64,000 bases of DNA. It comes from Nageia nagi (lineage: Eukaryota; Plantae; Pinophyta). The translations under genes and the position numbers were made by a program. Numbering within the stretch: position 1 is the first letter of the stretch; each line of letters opens with the position of its first letter. The notes beneath the pieces are model-generated. The model had not been told where the DNA came from, searched no databases, and saw only the letters and a list, made by a program, of their open reading frames with translations. This document shows positions 57,130 through 64,000 of this stretch, piece by piece. The stretch is taken from positions 28,272,001-28,336,000 of the forward strand of contig JBITNC010000001.1 in NCBI GenBank assembly GCA_050084985.1, in the 5' to 3' direction.

Positions 57130-60100
57130 GAATGATAAGTTTTAGATCCAAATTTTCTTTTAATCATATAGGAGCCTAACTAGTTAGGAGAAAACTTGTC
57201 ACAAATTTGTCTTTCCATTCGAGAAGTTTGCTGGTTTTCTTTTAAAACCAAATGACCTATATTAAATTCATGAATTATGACCTTTTTTTTATCAAAAATT
57301 CATTTAATATGATTTTGATAAGTACATAAATGTTCTAACACATTGACTCTTTTTTCATCTAGAAGTAGCAATTAATCTAATCTTATTTGATAAACTGCTT
57401 CATTTGTGATATAATATTGTAAGGTAATTTGAAGAGAAGGAATTTCTATTTCCAAGGGTAATACTACTTCTACCCCATAAACTAAGGAAAATAGGGTTTC
57501 CCCAGTAGGACTTTGAATACTAGTTCGATAAGCCCATAATGCATGTGGTATTCTTGCATGCCAATCTCGGTAGAAGTCATCAATAATTTTTAATAAAATA
57601 CTATGAATAGTTTTGTTTATGGCTTTAGCTTGATTATTCCCTTGAGGATAATAAGGGTTTGAGAAGCTTAAGAGGATATGATATCCTTTACATAAAGCTT
57701 GAACTTCTTTATTTTTGAAGTTTTTCCCATTGTTAGTGATAATTTGAGCTGGGATTCCAAAATGGCATATAATGTGGTTTTGTATGAATTCTTCCATCTT
57801 TGGTCCCTTTATTGAAATCATAGGGATGGATTCTACCTATTTTGCAAAATATTCTATAACAGTTATTATAAACTTATGAACTCCTAAGGAAATAAGATAG
57901 ATTTGACCTATGAAATCTAATGCCCATCTAGAAAATGGACACAATGATTGCATTGATTGTAATGTATGTGAGGGTTGATTAAATAGATTTGCATGTTGTT
58001 GATATTTAACACACTTTCTAAGATATTCCATATAATTATGTTCCATAGTAGGCCAATAATATCCCATATGCATTAATCATTTTGTAATTATAGAGCCACT
58101 AAAATGTCCTCCAAAAATTCCATCATGCCCACATGAAATAACAATTTACAAATCAACCCATTTTAAACATTTGAGCAATATCTTGTCAAAAACCCTACGG
58201 TATAGGACATATCCTATCATGAAAAAGTGAAAAGCTTTTATTTTAAATGCTTTTCTAGATGATTTTATTATGTATTTAGGTAATACCTTGTCTCTTAAGA
58301 ATTTGAAAAATTGCATATGCCATAAATTTTTGTCTTCCATTGCAATGTATAAGACTACATGTTCAACTTCATTTGATTCTATTGAATATTGAGTGATTTA
58401 GATGATTTCAATAGGGATCATTTTTTTATTAGGGATTGCAAGCATCAAAGATCCAATGGAAGCCATAACATCAACAAACCTATTAGTTAATCACAATGTT
58501 ACCTCTAAATCATATTTTTTAAAATATGATAGGAGATTATTTACTAATCTCTTATATTTTTATAGCAAAGGTTCCTTACATTGGAAGATTTCTTTAACTT
58601 GATATATGATTAACAATGAATCACCAATGAATTTAACTTTTTTAAATTTAATTTTATAGCAATTTTAATAGCTAAGATTAATGCTTCATAGTCAACATTG
58701 TTGTTTGTACAAAGAAAGTTGAGTTTAAATGAATAGGGAATGGAAACCCCTTGGGGTGTAATGAACACAACACATGCATCCTCGCTTTGCTCACATCTTG
58801 ATCCATTGAAATATATTACCATATCTCAATATTCTTCACATTCTATGGGAATTTTCATTCCATCTAATTGGAACACATGTTCATTTGGTAATTTTATAAT
58901 TAGTGAATTATCTTTAGATAATGGTGCTTTAGCAAGATAGTTTGCTATGACTTATCCTTTGATTGATTTCTGAATTACAAAGAGCAAGTCGAATTCAATT
59001 ACATGCATGATCCATTTAGATGTTCTTGCATTTTGAAAAGTTTTATTCATCATATATTTCAAAGGGTCCACTTTAGCAATTACATACGTGGTATGGTTTA
59101 GCATGTAATGTCTTAACTTTTTGGTTACGAATACTACTGTTAAACATAACTTTTCTAAATATAAGTATTTAATCTCATAGCCAAACAAAATTTGACTAAG
59201 ATAATATATTGCTTGTTCTTTACTATTTTCATTATTTTGAGCAAGCATGGTTCCTAAGGCTATTTTTGTAGGTAATATATACAATAAGAATGGTTTTCTA
59301 GGCTTAGGTGGTACTAGAATGGGTGGTGAAAGAAGATAACATTAATTTCATCAAACGCTTCTTTTTGTTCATTTCTCTAGTGAAAGATAATAACTTTCTT
59401 CAAAAGTTTGTTAAAAGGTTTAAATTTATTTGACAATTGAGAAATAAAATGTCTTATGGCATGTAATTACCCTGTAAACTTTGTAATTATTTTATATTTA
59501 AGGGAGGTGACATATTTGTTATTGCTTTTATTTTGTTAGGGTCTATTTCAATTGCTCACCTAGAAACAATGAAACTTAGTAACTTCCTAGATGTTACCCC
59601 AAAAACACATTTCTTTGAGTTTAATTGAATTTATGCTCTACTAACTGACCCAATATTTTGGTAAGCACTTTAGGATGATCTTCCCTTATTTTTGATTTAG
59701 CTAGTACATCATCTACATAATCTTCTATGATATCATGCATGTAATCATGGAAGATGTACATCATGGCTCTTTGATAGGTAGCTCCAGTATTTTTTAATCC
59801 AAAAGGTATTACTTTGTAATAGAATATTTCTCATGGTGTTGTGAATGTAATTTTATGTTGGTCTTTTGATGCTACCTTAATTTGGTTGTATCCTAAAAAT
59901 TCATCCATGAGTGATAACATTTCATATCCTATGGTAGAATTAACCAAGCTATCTATGTTTGTTAGGGAAAAGTCATCCTTAGGGCATGCATTGTTTAGGT
60001 CTCTAAAATTTGTGGATATTCGAATCTTCCCAGTGAATTTCTTAATTGGTACCATATTAGAAATCTAATCAAAATAATCAATTGGATGAATAAACTTGGC

Positions 60101-63100
60101 TTCAAAAAGCTTTTTCAACTCTTATTTTACCATCAAGGCGTTTGTAGGATGCAATCTTCATAACTTTTATTTAATAGGTTTTGTACCTTCCTTTATACCA
60201 AAATTATGCACTACTAAATTAGGATCAAGTTTAGACATATCAACATATGACCATGCAAATATTTCCTATTTTTCCTTAAGTATTGTAATGAACTCTTTTC
60301 TTTCATCTTTAGTAAAAGATTTTCCTAATTTGATTATTTTAGGGCTATTAGGTTCATTACTTAAATCAATTTCAATGGTTTCTTTAATTAACTTGTGAGA
60401 TCCTTCCTCTAATTGGTTAGATATTGGAATCCAATTATTATCATTCACATTATATTCCTCATCCTCAACTTCATATAGATCTTTCAAAGCAACATTAATA
60501 TTTAAGTTTGTAGTTTGTAAGATTGTATCTATATCTTTTAAATCTTGAATCGTAGGTTGTTTAGGAATCAATGTAAAATCTATAGTTTCTTCATCTACCA
60601 TAAAGTATGAGGAAGAGCTACTTGAATTTTTTTAAGCTATTATCTCAAACTCATCGAACTTGTCACTTCCATACTAGTCAAAATTCATTTTAGGCATAAG
60701 ATTATCACATATTTCTATAATATCTACTATGTTAATTGATATATCAAAAAATAACCCTCCTAAGGATAGCATTTTAGACTCTATATAATCTTGATTTGTC
60801 ATCCATTTAGATACTTGAAATAAAATTTCATATGTTATGGGTTCTGGTTTTAATTTGGTTATCTTAAACTGGATGCTCCTTAATTTTGCTCTTATAACCT
60901 AATCCTATCTTATCATTAGGAAATTGATAATGAATATCAATGGTGTACCTTGGTCCTTGTTCATATTGTCCTAAACCTTATCCTTTCCATTAACACCTAT
61001 CAAAGTATCTTTGGATGAATGATCTTAATTCGATGATAATTATTCTAATGAATCACAAAAAATACCTTCGTTAGACTGAGGTAAAGGAAGGATAAGTGGT
61101 TCTATTGGATCATGATATATAAAAGGTGTTTGATTAGGTAACTTTCCCAATGGTATTAATTATCCTACCACACTAGGAGACTCTTTAGGTCTTTCTATTT
61201 CTTCAACTATAGGAATATTAAAAATAATATCGTCAATGAAAAACTCTCCTACTCCATAATTAGTTAATTGTATAGTCATAAGATATATATTATATGGTTT
61301 ATATTTTATCATACTATCATTATCTGATGCATTTATGGGATAAGATGCTTTTGATGATGAAGCTTGGTTTATTTCATCCAACTTTCATGCTCTTTCTTTC
61401 TATGTTTGCTTTTCCAAGATTGTTGATTTTATTTTTAGTAATGAATCCCTATTAATATTTGGTGTATGAGGTACTTTAGGATCAGTGGGATATTTCTCCT
61501 TTAATAAACTTAAAGAAGCATCTTTTTTGTTAATATATACTATTGACACCTTTTCAAGAACCATGGGTGATGTAAAATAATGAGTAGAAGGCAAAGTAGT
61601 CTCCTCTAAAAGATGTATATAATTGCAATGGGAATATGGATTTTCATCTCCAAGTATGCAATGTACCACCCCATCATGAATGTACTTTAAGAAATTATGA
61701 TACATTTATGGGATACATTGCATGTCTTTAATCCATGGTCTCACTAAGAGTAAATTGTATTACATTATATCCCCTTCAATAACTTGCAATAATTTTTGTA
61801 CAGTTTTAGATCCCACAATAATAAGTAGTGAGATAGATCCTATTATTGATAACAAAGCATCATTAAAAGCTCTTAATTGTAAATAAGGTGAACATATGTG
61901 TAAAAAAAAGAGATTCAAGTTCTTATAGGTAGTTGTAGGAATGGTATTTATTACAAAACCTTCATCTATTAATATCCTTTTAAAAGCTTTTCCATCTATC
62001 TTGGCTATAATATGTAATTGGGGATCTTGACCTTACGAATGGTTTGATTGCCTAACTTCATGATCATGGAAGGAAATAGTGGGTTCTTGGTTTATCTTAA
62101 TATTTTCCACAAAAGACACAAAGCTTTCAGGGTCATTAATATCCAACTCAATTGTTTACGACAATTGGTTCATAGCTTCTCTATGATCTTTAGATTGTTG
62201 TAGTAATTCAAACAAGGACATCTTCACTTGTGAGTTTCTTGATTGATGTTGTAAAAATCATTTTATTAAAATATTAAGAGGTTGAGGTCTAGGTATATTT
62301 GTTTGTATAATATCATCATTTGTTTATTTTTGGAACTATCAGCTTGCCTTCCTTGCACCCTTTGGGCTCTTGTAGCTATGCTTACCATAGCAACGAAAGT
62401 AGAAGAATGTTGAAATACTTTATGTGTTACTTGATTTTGGTGTATTTATGATTCTATGATATTTGTTTGATATTGAGGAAGTGGGTTATGATATATTCCT
62501 AGATTTTGATTAAAGATAGTCAATGGGTTATCTACTTGTAATCTTCCTTAATTAATCAAATCTTGAATCTTGTGTTGTAAGTTCCTACACTTGCCTGTAG
62601 TATGACCCTTTTGACAATGACAATGGCAATAGTCATTTTCATTTTACCATTTACTATCTCTTATGTATAGTCTTTTAGGTCATATTTTAGGTAATATAAT
62701 CATTTGATGGTCCATTAATTTTTTCAAAATATCATGTAGAGATTGGTCAATAGAGTAAATTTTCTAGGGGTGGCCTAGGTTTTCTTTCTTCATTTTACGA
62801 AGTAGGTGTATGTTGCAGAGGGTTTGGTTCTCCATCTTTAAGATAAGAAACTTCATTAGAAAGTATTGGTTCTATTGATTATTCTATGTAATTTTTATTT
62901 TTAACATAATGCTCTTTCTTTTTACCCTTTAGTTCTCCATCCTAGATTTTAACCTTTTCAATTACAATAGCTTGAGAAATTGCTTCCTCAAATGTCATGT
63001 TGTTGAATCAATAAGGTACCAGTGATGGGTCTTAGAAAACTTTAACTAAATATTTTCACTAGTTCTTCTCATGGTAGAGTATAAGGCATACTTATCAAAA

Positions 63101-63480
63101 TCACCCTCCATCTTGAAATAAAGTTTGTAACTATTTCATCCTAAAATTGTTGCAATCTTGTGAGATCAGGTATGGAGGTTTTATCTTTAATATTTATCCT
63201 AAAGTGTTCTAAGAACAAGTTAGCCAATTGTGCATATGCTGTGATGCTATGTTCAATTAAGTCATTGTACCAATCCATCACTTGTCTAGTAAGTGTCATA
63301 GGAAAGATACGTAACATCAAAGCATCATTGTTGAAAATTACATAACTTGAATATTTAAAGTGTATTAGATTTTCTTTAGGATCCTCCTTTCCTTTAAAAG
63401 ATTCAATTTTTGCAATCTCAAATTTGAAAGGGATATTCATCTTAGGAACATGAGGGTGTATGAGCTAATTACAGATTATT
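57130..63480 (-). pseudogene. gag-pol pseudogene of the Tat/Ogre element
   Basis: Collinear ORF fragments 63141..63440, 59831..60055, 58952..59284, 58610..58822, 57837..58073 and 57372..57821, separated by stops and frameshifts. Confidence 0.9.
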
Positions 63481-64000
63481 TCGTAAAAGACTTTATGTTT
63501 GTTTTATTGGTGGAGCATTCTCTTAATCTCTATTAATCTTTCATCAAATTCATTAGTCGATTGTATAGGAATGATAGGATTTTTATTATCCCTATTACCT
63601 TCTCTTTATTTGTTTATTGAAAATGATTGGTAACTTCTTTTAGAAGGTGTTTGATCACCATAATAATTTTCATTATATGGTGGAGTAGGTGGAGGAGCTT
63701 GATATGGAGGCAATTATCATTGCCCTTGTTGATATAAAGGTGTAAGAGTATGATGTTTTTGAACCTCATGTCTAGACCAAGGTAAACAGAGTCTTAGAGG
63801 TTGTTGTTTCTCATGTAATACGTCCCCTTTTCTAGGTAAACAAAGGTTTTGATTTTTATAATTTTTATGACCTTAGGGAGACAAGGATCATGCTCTAGAT
63901 GACAACTTTTTATCTACTATTTTTTGATTAGGTCTATTATGAATTTGAGTTTGAACTTGTTATTTGTTAGGTTGTTCTAAGGGTGTTTTATTTTGATATT

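Larger units (their letters stand above)
47564..64000 (-). mobile_element. Large decayed Tat/Ogre-type Ty3/gypsy element: gag-PR-RT-RH-aRH-INT, long 3' region with extra ORFs, PPT, 3' LTR about 47564-49382
   Basis: gag (FKGKEDP...LRIFPMTL...DWY, 63141-63440); Zn knuckle about 62550-62640; protease LIDEG about 61970; RT (FRDLNNACPKDDF, YVDD about 59710); RH (KKLRHY); second RNase H (CTNN..DYEAL); integrase (GYYWPTM, YYPQGN, ALWAYRTS). LTR end aggtgtttaca at 49382 plus PPT. Confidence 0.9.

Overview
Eukaryotic, AT-rich, CpG-depleted land-plant DNA. The long TE-filled introns and the repeat families suggest a large-genome plant such as a gymnosperm (inference). Two intact spliced genes lie tail-to-tail. 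(1) The 3' eight coding exons of a type II pantothenate kinase on + (7480-22401; 5' exons outside the window). Its motifs resemble metazoan PANK1-3 more than Arabidopsis-type PANK1/2, it has a long acidic insertion, and it has no C-terminal DUF89 domain. (2) A complete six-exon, 308-codon RPN11/PSMD14 proteasome lid deubiquitinase on - (33106-26050). Most of the rest is nested, decayed transposons: a chromoviral Ty3/gypsy, two BED/DUF659-type hAT remnants, a young solo LTR with a perfect TSD, a CRM-like gag remnant, LINE ORF1 and ORF2 remnants, a tail-to-tail inverted pair of copia LTRs, a 32-bp satellite, and a large Tat/Ogre-type element with an extra RNase H and a spliced antisense plant-mobile-domain (PMD) ORF. 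No prokaryotic features or CRISPR arrays. All family assignments come from manual translation and recalled motifs; no searches were run.
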